Below are positions 9,399 through 19,544 of a stretch of DNA of 62,282 nucleotides, one piece after another. Source of the DNA: a virus (Duplodnaviria > Caudoviricetes); the IMG/VR virus record IMGVR_UViG_3300006930_000010, positions 1 through 62,282 of that record. One strand, 5' to 3'. The translations under genes were made by a program, and so were the position numbers. How positions within the stretch are numbered: position 1 is the stretch's first letter; every line of letters starts with the position of its first letter. The notes beneath the pieces were generated by a model, which made no database searches, had not been told where the DNA came from, and saw nothing but the letters and a program-made list of their open reading frames with translations.

Positions 9399-10436
9399 CT
9401 AACCTATCTGATCATATAGTGTGCATTCGTACGCGTTTTTATCTGGATGAAAGTCTGCAAAGTTTGCATGTCTGTAACTACCATCCTCAGTTTTCTCCAT
9501 AGCTTTGATTTTAATAACCTGACCAATATAGGAATCTGGTGAGGTAGTCATATTTAATCTAAGTTCTTCTTTAAGACCAGTAACACTCCCCACCACAACA
9601 AGATTACCAGCAGCATCATACTTGCCAATCTGGATAGACCCAATAAGTCCCATAGCATAGTGTTTGGTAAGGGGTACATCACCTTCCCAATAAGGCCAGC
9701 TATCCAAGTTGATACCTGTGTACTTTTTGGTTGCAGGAAGAAATCCCATAATGACAACATCATCTGTTAACTCCGCTTTTAGTTTGATTTGATTCCACAT
9801 TGGACGAGATCCAGGCACATATAGTCCGCTCTTGGACTTTAAAACGATACCCTCGAGCCCACGATCAATAATAGACTGAAATGCTTCTGCAGGATCCTCT
9901 TCGACACACTCGTGCATATCATTAAGGATGAGACTTTCATAACCACGTAGTTCGCTCTTGAATAGCTCCTCTAATAAAGCTCGACGTTTCAAAAAGGGAA
10001 CTCCAGTTAACCAAGTACCATCTGGATCACGAATCATATCATAGACCCAATACTGTAAGAAGCCCTTCTGGGTCTGCTTAGATATCGCCTCTGCTGGATT
10101 CTTAGTTCCCATAATCGAATTGACCTGGTTAGACTTCCAACCCATACGATAAGCTTCACCATCGAGGATCATTCTAGACCCCTGTTTGGTTAGTGGTTCT
10201 GATATCTGAGGAACATGCATTGTCTTTTCTCCTGGCCAGCCAGTCACAGTAGATATTACATTACTGAACTGTCGTCCACCGATGGACATAAGACTAATAC
10301 CATCAAGTTTCTCTTCCCAGATATACTCAGATGAGTGCATACATGCTGCCAGTTTAGATACATGTGACTTCTTCTTAGGATCGATCTTACATGGCTTCAT
10401 AATGTTCAGTGGTGAGGTAAAAGGATATACTAACAT
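9399..10436 (-). CDS. ATP-dependent DNA ligase
   Basis: EEKLDG adenylation motif, LDGE, EGIVLK, KLK. Confidence 0.9.
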   Translation of the reverse strand: MLVYPFTSPLNIMKPCKIDPKKKSHVSKLAACMHSSEYIWEEKLDGISLMSIGGRQFSNVISTVTGWPGEKTMHVPQISEPLTKQGSRMILDGEAYRMGWKSNQVNSIMGTKNPAEAISKQTQKGFLQYWVYDMIRDPDGTWLTGVPFLKRRALLEELFKSELRGYESLILNDMHECVEEDPAEAFQSIIDRGLEGIVLKSKSGLYVPGSRPMWNQIKLKAELTDDVVIMGFLPATKKYTGINLDSWPYWEGDVPLTKHYAMGLIGSIQIGKYDAAGNLVVVGSVTGLKEELRLNMTTSPDSYIGQVIKIKAMEKTEDGSYRHANFADFHPDKNAYECTLYDQIG

Positions 10437-10437
10437 A

Positions 10438-10647
10438 TTACACCTCTACCATTTCTAGTGCTACAAGTCTAGCGTACTCTTCTGAATCAATTAAATCAAC
10501 CAGAGGAGTTTCCATTTGCATCAACTTATGTATCGATAAGATGATAATGGTTTTCTGTTTTAACTGAGTCTGAGCTGTCTTTTGTTTTAACTCCCAAAAG
10601 AACTCATCAGTGACTTCCGCGATTACTCTTTTCATAGTGTCCTCCAA
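10438..10647 (-). CDS. small hypothetical protein, possible ribbon-helix-helix
   Basis: GGAGG before MKRVIAEV; beta-then-helix pattern. Confidence 0.55.
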   Translation of the reverse strand: MEDTMKRVIAEVTDEFFWELKQKTAQTQLKQKTIIILSIHKLMQMETPLVDLIDSEEYARLVALEMVEV

Positions 10648-10665
10648 ATATTAAATTCTACATAT

Positions 10666-10694
10666 ATTATCTCATATTTTTATACAAATGTCAA
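10666..10694 (-). promoter_or_regulatory. leftward sigma-A-like promoter
   Basis: TTGACA-17bp-GATAAT on - strand. Confidence 0.65.
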
Positions 10695-10809
10695 CGCTGA
10701 ATTTAAGTTACTTTATTCGTATCAATGCCAAAACGAAGAGAAAATTTCACACGCAAGCCCACAAGTGATGACGCTGGCTAAAGAATAGTAAAATATTTTA
10801 TTTTCCCTG

Positions 10810-10937
10810 TTGACAAATATTTGAATCTATTGTATAATATAGTAGAAGTTAACAATTAATTTGTTACTCACATACAAAATATTTCTTCTATTATTTTTAA
10901 AATACATGTTGACATTTTTATCTATTTAATGTATAAT
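10810..10937 (+). promoter_or_regulatory. two tandem sigma-A promoters
   Basis: TTGACA-17-TATAAT at 10810-10838 and 10909-10937. Confidence 0.85.
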
Positions 10938-10985
10938 TAAAGTAGGTTAAAGATCAAATATGCACATAAGAGAGGAAATATACTT

Positions 10986-11822
10986 ATGGAAGAGTACACA
11001 ACAAAAGAGCTCAAAGAGTACGCAGAACAAAATAATATTGATCTGCAAGGTGCTAAAAAGAAGGCTGATATACTAGCCGCAATTGAAAAGTCTAAGGAGG
11101 ACAAACAAATGAATGAAGAAATGTTAGGCCAAGAAGTAGCAGAAGATGTACCCGCAGAGGTAGAAGCAGTACAGTATAAGTTGGATGATGGAACAGATTG
11201 TTCACGATCAGCTTACATTCGACAGGAATTCCAGAAAGACCGTAGTCGTCAAGACATTGGTAAAGAACTGGGCCTTAAATATTACATCGTATATTCAGCA
11301 ACAGCAAATATGTTCAACGCAGCTCACCCAGAAAATGGTGGAAGCGGATCAGCCGGTAAGGGTAGTGTTTTAGTACCTAAAGTGAATGCAGATCTGGCAT
11401 TCGTTGATGCAGAAGGCAACGTTGTTGAAACTGAAGAGTTAGCAGCTACCATGCCACGAGCAGAGTTAATGAGAGAGTTAGCTACCGCAGGCGTTGATCG
11501 AGCCAAACTGAAAGATTACTTCCAAGTACCATATGCAACTGTATATGCCGCTACCAAAGAGGTATTCGACAACGGCAGTGGAGAAAAGCGAACACGAAAA
11601 ACAATCACTCATCCTGAAACTGGCGAAGAAATGAATCGAGCAGATTACATCAGAGAATTATACGCTGATGGCGAAGGTCTGACCCGTCGAGACATTGCTA
11701 AGAAGCTGACACAGATGACTGATGACCTGGTTGATTACGCTACCGTTTGGGCAGCTACTAAACCAGTTAAGGCTGAAGAAGAAGTGGAAGTAGAAGCCAC
11801 AGAACCAGTAGAAGAAGCGTAA
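10986..11822 (+). CDS. DNA-binding protein: Rho_N/HeH-like N-terminus plus three HTH-like repeats
   Basis: YTTKELKEYAEQNNIDLQGAKKKADILAAI; repeats RS/AxxxRxx...YxxVY/WxAT x3. Confidence 0.65.
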   Translation: MEEYTTKELKEYAEQNNIDLQGAKKKADILAAIEKSKEDKQMNEEMLGQEVAEDVPAEVEAVQYKLDDGTDCSRSAYIRQEFQKDRSRQDIGKELGLKYYIVYSATANMFNAAHPENGGSGSAGKGSVLVPKVNADLAFVDAEGNVVETEELAATMPRAELMRELATAGVDRAKLKDYFQVPYATVYAATKEVFDNGSGEKRTRKTITHPETGEEMNRADYIRELYADGEGLTRRDIAKKLTQMTDDLVDYATVWAATKPVKAEEEVEVEATEPVEEA

Positions 11823-11831
11823 TAGGAATTC

Positions 11832-11860
11832 AGGGCACTCAACAGAGTGTCCTTTATTTT
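11832..11860 (+). terminator. intrinsic terminator
   Basis: AGGGCACTC-AACA-GAGTGTCCT-TTATTTT. Confidence 0.65.
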
Positions 11861-11894
11861 AGGTAAGAACGACGAGATTTGAAGGAGGGAAGTT

Positions 11895-12488
11895 ATGGCA
11901 AGACCAGATAAGTACAAAACGATCAATGGAGTGGAACATAAAAGATGCAGTACGTGTGGAGAATACTTTGAAAAGCATCACTTTAGTTCAAGACGAGCCA
12001 GTCCTGATGGATTGGGATACAGTTGTAAGGTATGTGAACGGAAGACCGCTAAGGCATCATACAAAAAGGGAACGCAAAAGAAGAAGTCAGCTACACGATA
12101 TCAAGAGAACAAAGAAGAGTACAATGAACGAGCAAAGAAGAGATATGCAGAGAAGAAGGAAGAGATCCTGGCTCAACAAGCTGCTTGGAGATCAACCAAA
12201 AAGGGCAAACAGATCATGAGTGAAGCTGGAGCTCGAAGAAGACAACGAATACTAGATCAGACACCAAATGGTCGAGATTATGTAGTAGAGGAGATCATAC
12301 TTCGAGACTCAGTCGACGGCGTATGTATATGTCAAATATGTGGAGATCCAATTGATCCAGACCTTCATGATATGCAAATAGATCATATCATTACTATTGC
12401 ATCAGGTGGATCGGATACACGAGATAATGTAAGATGTACACACAAAACTTGTAACTTAACAAGACCAAAGGATGGGAAAGACCTATGA
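11895..12488 (+). CDS. HNH endonuclease
   Basis: CQICG...IDHII...GG.D..DNVRCTHKTCN; N-terminal CxxC pair. Confidence 0.85.
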   Translation: MARPDKYKTINGVEHKRCSTCGEYFEKHHFSSRRASPDGLGYSCKVCERKTAKASYKKGTQKKKSATRYQENKEEYNERAKKRYAEKKEEILAQQAAWRSTKKGKQIMSEAGARRRQRILDQTPNGRDYVVEEIILRDSVDGVCICQICGDPIDPDLHDMQIDHIITIASGGSDTRDNVRCTHKTCNLTRPKDGKDL

Positions 12489-12748
12489 GTAACCTAGTGA
12501 GAATACACCCTCGAGATGAGGACAGAATTGAACATGTGCGTTTGGAAAAGAAGGGAGACTCACAACTCCTTGATATTAATTGTAGCACAGGAACTCTTGT
12601 AGAGCTGATTGAAGCAAGTATTCAATCGATACAAGAGACTCCTCTATGTCCACAAGAACTACAGATCCTAAATGCTTGTCTAACACGAGCACATGAGAAT
12701 ATGGCTCGACTAATTACAGCGACCTCAAATTGGGGCGGGTATTCATGA
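12485..12748 (+). CDS. hypothetical protein
   Basis: ATGA overlap. Confidence 0.6.
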   Translation: MSNLVRIHPRDEDRIEHVRLEKKGDSQLLDINCSTGTLVELIEASIQSIQETPLCPQELQILNACLTRAHENMARLITATSNWGGYS

Positions 12749-13227
12749 CGTTCGAAGAGCTCTTAAAAAGAAAGGGACGTGAAAATTTTGATTCGGATCA
12801 GACAATATTGTGTTTGGATCCGGGTCACACTACTGGTGTGGCTTTGTTTAAAACGAGCGCCCTGCACTCATGCGAACAAGTGAGTACCATAGTTGAGGAT
12901 AAGAAAGGTCACAGACTTCTCTGGACTCATCTCGATGATCTATTTGAACGAACTCAACCAGATGTAGTCGTATGTGAGGATTATAGAGTGTATCAACAAA
13001 AGCTCGAATCTCACGCATTCAGTCCAGTCTTAACACTAAGGCTAATTGGAGCTATCGATTATATCTGTCATACAAAAGGAATACCCATCACATATCAAAT
13101 GGCGACTACAGCCAAAGGGTTCTGTACTGATAAGAAGTTACAGGACTGGGACTATTGGCAATCTGGCTTAAAACACTCGAGGGATGCTATCCGCCACGGA
13201 TGTTATTATTTATTGTTTCATAAATAG
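12730..13227 (+). CDS. RuvC-like Holliday junction resolvase
   Basis: LCLDPGHTTG, VVCED, HSRDA acidic catalytic set. Confidence 0.75.
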   Translation: MGRVFMTFEELLKRKGRENFDSDQTILCLDPGHTTGVALFKTSALHSCEQVSTIVEDKKGHRLLWTHLDDLFERTQPDVVVCEDYRVYQQKLESHAFSPVLTLRLIGAIDYICHTKGIPITYQMATTAKGFCTDKKLQDWDYWQSGLKHSRDAIRHGCYYLLFHK

Positions 13228-13236
13228 GAGGAAGAA

Positions 13237-14199
13237 ATGAAGATTATAAAAGCACAGGCACAGTTGTTAGAACAGCGGACTAGATTAGGATTAGTTGAAG
13301 CTTGCGGTCGTATCTGTTACAAATCAGAAGATCGGATTGGACCAGGGACGGCAGCTAAATTTGTTAGTGGCCTTATAAAAGCACAACACGATGCTATGAT
13401 TGAACATGCCACGTATACGATACACGTTCCAATAGACGATATTCGTACGGAGGATCTCACACATGGATCATTCTTAGTGTATGACGTTAGTGATACATCA
13501 GATTCAGTCATCGTATCAGGAAATGTTAGAGCCTGGAGAAACTACTTCAAGTATTGTATCACCTGGGGGCTTGGATGTGAATTCCTTTTAGATGCGCTAT
13601 GCACAGAAGATGTAGAGGCGTACTCAGTCTTCTTTGGTGATTTATTCCCTGACTATATACCACTCGATGATGTTGATGAGGATCTGAGAAATACATTTGT
13701 TATGGACGAAGACCAAGTCAAGGCTCACTTCTATAATGACTCAGAAGCACGCAAGCGTCACATATTCAGAACAATTATGATGAGAACCGACCGAGGAGTT
13801 ACTCACGAACTCGTACGACATAGACCCGCTAGCTTCGCTCAAGAGTCAACTCGCTACTGTAATTACAGCGGACATATGGAATTCATCCTACCATCGTTCT
13901 GGGATGTACAAGCAGAGGGTATTGACTGTGACGAACGAGCCAAAAGACAAGCTTGTTTTGAAACTTGGTATGCAGCTGTATCTGATGCAAATGAGAGCTA
14001 TAAAACTCTTATTGCGAGGGGAGCAAAACCACAGGAAGCTCGATCAGTCCTACCGAACTCATTGAAGACTGATATTGTAGTTACAGCTAGTATGGAGGAG
14101 TGGGATCATATTATTGAGCTAAGAACAGCTCCTTCAGCGCATCCACAGATTCAAGATGTTATTAATATGAGCAAGGAGCTACTATATGGACAAGCTTGA
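13237..14199 (+). CDS. thyX: FAD-dependent thymidylate synthase
   Basis: THELVRHRPASFAQESTRY motif; ARSVLPN; AHPQI. Confidence 0.95.
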   Translation: MKIIKAQAQLLEQRTRLGLVEACGRICYKSEDRIGPGTAAKFVSGLIKAQHDAMIEHATYTIHVPIDDIRTEDLTHGSFLVYDVSDTSDSVIVSGNVRAWRNYFKYCITWGLGCEFLLDALCTEDVEAYSVFFGDLFPDYIPLDDVDEDLRNTFVMDEDQVKAHFYNDSEARKRHIFRTIMMRTDRGVTHELVRHRPASFAQESTRYCNYSGHMEFILPSFWDVQAEGIDCDERAKRQACFETWYAAVSDANESYKTLIARGAKPQEARSVLPNSLKTDIVVTASMEEWDHIIELRTAPSAHPQIQDVINMSKELLYGQA

Positions 14200-15118
14200 A
14201 TTAAAAGCACTTGAGGTTGGAGCTACCGTAAGAGGTGAGCTAGCTGTTACTAAAGCAGAGAAGAAGACTGCACGAAATGGTGCATACGCGATGTTAACAC
14301 TAACAGATGGTGAATTATCGATTGTTGGCAAACGTTGGCAATATGATGATGAACTACCAAAGGTTGGTGAGGTTCTATTTATCATTGCAACAGTCGATGA
14401 GTATCGAGGAACCAAAGGAGTTAACATATCACGATGGAGAGCTGGAGAACTACCAGCTGAAGAGTTCACAGTCAAGGGACCCGTTGATATCAAAGTGTTA
14501 CGAGAACAACTAGTGGACACAATTGAACTTATTCAGGATGGGACGTATAAGGCGGTCGTAACCGAGCTGTTTAGACTTTACACCAACAAATGGTACACTC
14601 AACCAGCTGCTATGGGAGTACATCACAACTATGTAGGAGGACTACTTCAGCATACAATGGAAGTTGTAACGATTGCGATGGCACAGGCTGTTGCTTTAGA
14701 AGCTACATCAGGTATCCTGGTAGACATGAACTTATTGATTGCTGGAGCGCTCCTACACGATATTGGTAAAGTATATACATATGAGTTTCAAGGAGCTGCG
14801 ATAGAGATGACGACTGAGGGTAAATTGTTGGAGCATATTACAATAGGAACTCATATGATACTCCGTTATGATACTGACAACTCCTGTGCAGCGCATAATC
14901 GTAAGGTGCATAAGTTAGCACATTGTGTAGCTGCTCATCATGGTAATCTAGAATGGGGAAGTCCAATACTAGCAGTGATGCCAGAGGCAATGATGATTCA
15001 TTATGCAGATCAGATTAGTGCCAAGAGTGCTATGATGAATACTGCCCGAAAGCAGACTACTAATGAGTGGACTGATAAACAGTACCAGTTGGGTGTGAGT
15101 ATCTATAATGGAGCCTGA
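14186..15118 (+). CDS. YhaM-like OB-fold/HD 3'-5' exonuclease
   Basis: PAAMGVHHNYVGGLLQHT, LLHDIGK, HHG, ADQISA. Confidence 0.85.
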   Translation: MDKLELKALEVGATVRGELAVTKAEKKTARNGAYAMLTLTDGELSIVGKRWQYDDELPKVGEVLFIIATVDEYRGTKGVNISRWRAGELPAEEFTVKGPVDIKVLREQLVDTIELIQDGTYKAVVTELFRLYTNKWYTQPAAMGVHHNYVGGLLQHTMEVVTIAMAQAVALEATSGILVDMNLLIAGALLHDIGKVYTYEFQGAAIEMTTEGKLLEHITIGTHMILRYDTDNSCAAHNRKVHKLAHCVAAHHGNLEWGSPILAVMPEAMMIHYADQISAKSAMMNTARKQTTNEWTDKQYQLGVSIYNGA

Positions 15119-15229
15119 AACACTAATTAGATTCATCTGGAGCCTGATACCAAAAGAAGACAGTGGAGTCACTTTAGACGAGTTTACTGAGTACGAAGAA
15201 GTAGAAGATTTACAAATAACCGATTAGAT

Positions 15230-15251
15230 AGGAAGCCTTAGGGCTTCCTTT
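15230..15251 (+). terminator. intrinsic terminator
   Basis: AGGAAGCC-TTAG-GGCTTCCT-TT. Confidence 0.6.
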
Positions 15252-15273
15252 ACCTGGTGCAAGGAGGGTTAAT

Positions 15274-15411
15274 ATGAGAAAAGAAGATGATTGGTTTCCA
15301 CAGAAGAAGAAGTGGACAACCCAAAGTTATATTTGTTGTTTTGTTCGTTGGAGTTGTATTTGGCTTATGATCGGAATTGGTATTATCTATTTCTTTGGTG
15401 ACCAGCTATGA
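15274..15411 (+). CDS. small membrane protein (not in ORF track)
   Basis: AAGGAGG RBS; MRKEDDW...WLMIGIGIIYFFGDQL; ATGA overlap with helicase. Confidence 0.55.
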   Translation: MRKEDDWFPQKKKWTTQSYICCFVRWSCIWLMIGIGIIYFFGDQL

Positions 15412-16805
15412 AAGAATTTACACTACGACCGTATCAGGTCGACGATATTGCATTTATGACTAAACATAAACGAGTTCTAAATGCTAATGAGCCAGGCCTG
15501 GGAAAGACTCTAGAGACGCTAACAGCAATTAATAATTTGCCTCCAGGTAAGACACTTATCATTAGTCCCAAGATGGCGACTGGTGTGTGGCAATTTGAGG
15601 CAATGCAATGGTATGGTTGGGAAGGCGAAAGAGTTACCGGAGAGTTCTCAAAGGTGCAACGAAATGAGATTAGACGAGAATTCGATCGTTCAAACATGCA
15701 TTTTATGATGATTAATTTCGCCATGATAGAAGAAACTCAAACTTGGCGTTCAGAGTGGAATACTATTGTAGTAGATGAAGCTCACCTAGGTGGATTACTT
15801 AGTTATAAGTCGAACACCTTCAAGCTGATGCAGAGATTCAAATGTAATCATCTGTTTCTACTGACAGGAACACCAGTCAGACGCGATCCAGGTGATCTCT
15901 ATCCTATGCTACATCTATTACATCCTAAGCGATTTAGAGACTACTGGCCATTTGTGAATAAGTATTGTCATGTCATACAGGGACAATTTGGAAAAGAGAT
16001 CATGGGTATACCTAAGAAGCCAGGAGAGTTTAAAGCAATGCTGGATGAGTACATGGTAAGACACAAGAAGAAGGACGTACTTACAGATCTACCAGATAAA
16101 ATTAGACAGCCCGTACCAGTTGAGATGGAAGGAAAGCAACTAGCTGCCTATCATGAACTGTTAGAGGAAATGATGTTAGAACTTGATGATGGTGATGTAT
16201 TACTAACTCCGAATAGACTTACTCAAGATTTAAGACTCAGACAACTTCTAGTTTGTCCTAGAATCATTGGAATAGAAGATGATGGTATTGCCTTACGTAC
16301 TATGTGTGATTATCTTATACCTGAAGAGTTCGCTAGTGGTCGATCGATTGCAATAGGTACGCCATTTAGAACTGCAGTACCATTTGTAGAAGCAGCTCTA
16401 CGCAAGGCGTTTCCAAAGGCTCATCTTGAATTCATACACGGTCAGATGAAGGAGACAGCTCAGGAAGTAGCTCAGAGATTCCAGGAGCATAAAAGTAAGG
16501 AAAAAATCTTGATCTATACGATCAAGTCTGGAGCATCTTGGACAGCACATGCAGCTAGTACAGGTTTTATGCTTGGATACGAATGGTCATGTACTGATCA
16601 GATTCAGGCTGAAGATCGAATCCATCGTATTGGACAGACCGAGACTGTTTTCTGGAAGTATCTACTACATAAGGGAACTATCGATGAGGCAGTTATGAAT
16701 CGACTAGATGAGAAGACGATGAGCACTACTTGGATTTTAACCCCTAAGGAGATTCAGGATAAACTTAATGCCTTACGGGAAGAATATCTATCGAAAAATA
16801 AATAA
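15408..16805 (+). CDS. SNF2-family DEAH helicase
   Basis: EPGLGKT, VVDEAH, LTGTP, QAEDRIHRIGQ. Confidence 0.9.
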   Translation: MKEFTLRPYQVDDIAFMTKHKRVLNANEPGLGKTLETLTAINNLPPGKTLIISPKMATGVWQFEAMQWYGWEGERVTGEFSKVQRNEIRREFDRSNMHFMMINFAMIEETQTWRSEWNTIVVDEAHLGGLLSYKSNTFKLMQRFKCNHLFLLTGTPVRRDPGDLYPMLHLLHPKRFRDYWPFVNKYCHVIQGQFGKEIMGIPKKPGEFKAMLDEYMVRHKKKDVLTDLPDKIRQPVPVEMEGKQLAAYHELLEEMMLELDDGDVLLTPNRLTQDLRLRQLLVCPRIIGIEDDGIALRTMCDYLIPEEFASGRSIAIGTPFRTAVPFVEAALRKAFPKAHLEFIHGQMKETAQEVAQRFQEHKSKEKILIYTIKSGASWTAHAASTGFMLGYEWSCTDQIQAEDRIHRIGQTETVFWKYLLHKGTIDEAVMNRLDEKTMSTTWILTPKEIQDKLNALREEYLSKNK

Positions 16806-16814
16806 TTTTCCCCG

Positions 16815-16843
16815 TTGAAGGTAACTTAAATTTGTAGTATAAT
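16815..16843 (+). promoter_or_regulatory. sigma-A-like promoter
   Basis: TTGAAG-17-TATAAT. Confidence 0.65.
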
Positions 16844-16873
16844 AAAAGAGTAAATAAGATATGGAGGTAAACA

Positions 16874-18166
16874 ATGAAGAGGGGTTTATGTAAACAGAGT
16901 GAGATAGCACTGCATACTCACGATAGTATCAGCTATAAACGGTGCAGACGAAAGTGGGGATTCTCAAGTCCCTTTAGAATGCATCTACAACCAAAACCAA
17001 GTGTTTTTGGGTCTAATCAACATCTATGGTTTGGAAGTGGGTTTCACTTCGCCTTAGAAGACTATCATGGGTTAAATCGGTTTGGTCATCCACTGAATGC
17101 TTTTCAAGCATATGTAGAGGCTCATGAACCAGAGGAGCTACCAGCACAGATTGATGATCTGATCCCTATGGGAGAAGCAATGCTCAACTACTATGTTGAG
17201 TGGGAAAGAAATCATTGCAATTGGAAGACCGTATACGTTGATGGAAAACCATTAGTCGAGGTTCAGTTTTCATTAGTCTTGGAACCACTCTGCTATTACA
17301 CATTTGAAGATAATGTATACACTGCAGTTGAGCAAGAAGATGGATCGTTCTTATATGTCAGTAGTGAAACTGGTGAGTTGTTCAGTGGAGAGGAACTAAC
17401 CCTATATCAGGCGGAAAGACATGAAATTGTATTCCATGGTACACTCGACCGAGTTGTTGAAGATGAAAATGGAGCCTGGTGGATACTAGACTACAAGACA
17501 GCAAAAGCAGTAGACACGGGTAAACTGGCACTTGATCCTCAAATCAGTAAATACTGTTGGGCAGCTGAACAATGGCTGGAACATGAAATTGAAGGTATGT
17601 TATACATTCAGTGTTCTAAGAGTCCTCCAAAACCACCAAAGATGACGACCAAGGGTATTAGTACAGACAAGAGACAAAGAACCACGTACTCATTATATAA
17701 GCAGGCGATACTCGATGAATATGGAAGTGTGACAAATGCACCAGCAGCGGTAGTTAGCATGCTTAATGACCTAGCGGATGTCGAGACTGAAAATGGTAAT
17801 GCATTTGTTCGATATGATTGGGTGCCACGAAACGAACATGCCAAGATGGAGACGTATATGAATATCCTGGCAGAAGGTAGAGAGATTCTTAATCCTGATC
17901 TACCATTATATCCGAATCCGACAAAGGATTGTTCGTGGGACTGTCCCTTCCAAGATATATGTTTAGCTATGGAAGAGGGAGCAGATTGGAAGTTCTATCT
18001 TGAAGATTTCGAGAAACGTCCAGAGACTATGGACAATGAAGTTAGAGCTTGGGAAAAGCGTATGTACAAGACGTATCCAAAATTGTTTCCAGAAGAGTAC
18101 AAGCAATACTGTACAGATAGTGCTGATAGCCTAGAAGAGTTCATTGCAGCAGGAGAACTACTATGA
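16874..18166 (+). CDS. PD-(D/E)XK exonuclease (RecB/Cas4-like)
   Basis: GTLDRV...ILDYKT, QISKY, N-terminal C plus C-terminal CxWxCPFxxxC. Confidence 0.85.
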   Translation: MKRGLCKQSEIALHTHDSISYKRCRRKWGFSSPFRMHLQPKPSVFGSNQHLWFGSGFHFALEDYHGLNRFGHPLNAFQAYVEAHEPEELPAQIDDLIPMGEAMLNYYVEWERNHCNWKTVYVDGKPLVEVQFSLVLEPLCYYTFEDNVYTAVEQEDGSFLYVSSETGELFSGEELTLYQAERHEIVFHGTLDRVVEDENGAWWILDYKTAKAVDTGKLALDPQISKYCWAAEQWLEHEIEGMLYIQCSKSPPKPPKMTTKGISTDKRQRTTYSLYKQAILDEYGSVTNAPAAVVSMLNDLADVETENGNAFVRYDWVPRNEHAKMETYMNILAEGREILNPDLPLYPNPTKDCSWDCPFQDICLAMEEGADWKFYLEDFEKRPETMDNEVRAWEKRMYKTYPKLFPEEYKQYCTDSADSLEEFIAAGELL

Positions 18167-18315
18167 ATACAGCAATGATATTAGTATGTGTTGTGTTCGC
18201 GTTTCTTACTATCGTGAGTGGTATGGGTAAGGATATTGATAAGTTCAGTCGAGTATTATACACATTAGTTGGTGTTGGCTTTATCTTAGTAGCCGTTTGG
18301 CTAGTAACAAATTAG
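18163..18315 (+). CDS. small two-TM protein (not in ORF track)
   Basis: MNTAMILVCVVFAFLTIVSG...LVGVGFILVAVWLVTN; ATGA overlap, AGGAG RBS. Confidence 0.6.
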   Translation: MNTAMILVCVVFAFLTIVSGMGKDIDKFSRVLYTLVGVGFILVAVWLVTN

Positions 18316-18324
18316 GAGGAAGAA

Positions 18325-19260
18325 ATGGCAGAAGAGCGAAAGAGTGCGCAACCGGTTTATGGATTTAAGAAAAGAGGAGATCGAAAGCGGGATAGTAACT
18401 TCATTGGAGCTATCTACGGAGACTTCGGTTCAGGAAAAACCTATCTCGCAGGTACCATTGAGGAGGTAGTTCAGAAACAGAATGTAGACGAACCAACTGC
18501 ATTAATCCCTCCCGATGGGATGACAATACGATTCGCAACGTTGTTCGCAAACGCAGAGCAGGGTGATGAAGGGCTACCAGTTGAGTTTACGGAAATCATA
18601 ATCAAGGATATCTACACATATAAGGACTTCAGTCATATGTATGACTTCTTGAAACTGCATTGTCGATACGTAGCTGCACAAGACATGAAAAGTTTAGTCA
18701 CAATTCAGAGTAAGTATTTTGGTATTCCAGAGGATCAGATGACTGAGATTTGGATCTTTAGAGCTGTCATCATTGATAGTCTTACCGAAATACAGAAGTA
18801 TTGTGTGTACCAGTTGATTGGATTGTCGCAGGATACGAAGTTGGACGAAGAGCCGGACTATATGCAGATGCGACAGTGGGGTACCGCTCTTGAGATGGTC
18901 TTATTAATGATTCGTAACTTTAGAGCGCTTCCGATGTACAAGATCTTTATCATACAACAGATGGAAGACACTGACGATAAAAAGAAGCTATTCTTCCGAC
19001 CAGCTCTACAGGGTCAGGCAAAGTCAAGTATTTTAGGATTCTTTGATTTTGTTGGGTATTATAATATGGCTGTTAAGGAAGACAGTATACTACGGCGACT
19101 CTTCCTCCTACCAGTTGGACCCTTTAAGGCAAAGCATCGATTTGAGAGCTTCAAGTACAACTCTATTGATAATCCACGTATGGCCGACTTAGTGAAGCAC
19201 AAGCTAGGAGTGTTACCACCTACGCCTAATGTTAATGTGAATCGAGCCACGAAAAAATAA
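18325..19260 (+). CDS. Sak4-like AAA ATPase / recombinase
   Basis: IYGDFGSGKT, IIDSLTE, DFVGY; lies between exonuclease and SSB. Confidence 0.75.
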   Translation: MAEERKSAQPVYGFKKRGDRKRDSNFIGAIYGDFGSGKTYLAGTIEEVVQKQNVDEPTALIPPDGMTIRFATLFANAEQGDEGLPVEFTEIIIKDIYTYKDFSHMYDFLKLHCRYVAAQDMKSLVTIQSKYFGIPEDQMTEIWIFRAVIIDSLTEIQKYCVYQLIGLSQDTKLDEEPDYMQMRQWGTALEMVLLMIRNFRALPMYKIFIIQQMEDTDDKKKLFFRPALQGQAKSSILGFFDFVGYYNMAVKEDSILRRLFLLPVGPFKAKHRFESFKYNSIDNPRMADLVKHKLGVLPPTPNVNVNRATKK

Positions 19261-19284
19261 TTTAAAATACACCACAAGTCCCCG

Positions 19285-19313
19285 TTGACTAATATTAAAT
19301 TTTATAGTATAAT
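19285..19313 (+). promoter_or_regulatory. sigma-A promoter
   Basis: TTGACT-17-TATAAT. Confidence 0.8.
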
Positions 19314-19319
19314 AAAGGA

Positions 19320-19535
19320 GTCAATTAAGTAAATATTGCTTTCTACATATGGCGCATGTAGAAAGCAAGCTTAATTGCAAGCAGCCATCCACACAACAGT
19401 ATTAACTACTTTTGAACATCGGATTGAGCCTCCATATGTATATAGGATGGTTGCTTGGAGTTAAGCTCCAACGAGATGCACGTAATGCACGGAGGAGGAT
19501 GGGTAGGGTGCTGGCGAGTAGCAATGTGCTACAAG
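19320..19535 (+). ncRNA. candidate structured leader or ncRNA
   Basis: about 220 nt between promoter and RBS with long stems (19322-19377; 19378-19390 pairing with 19445-19457). Confidence 0.4.
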
Positions 19536-19544
19536 AGGAGTAAC

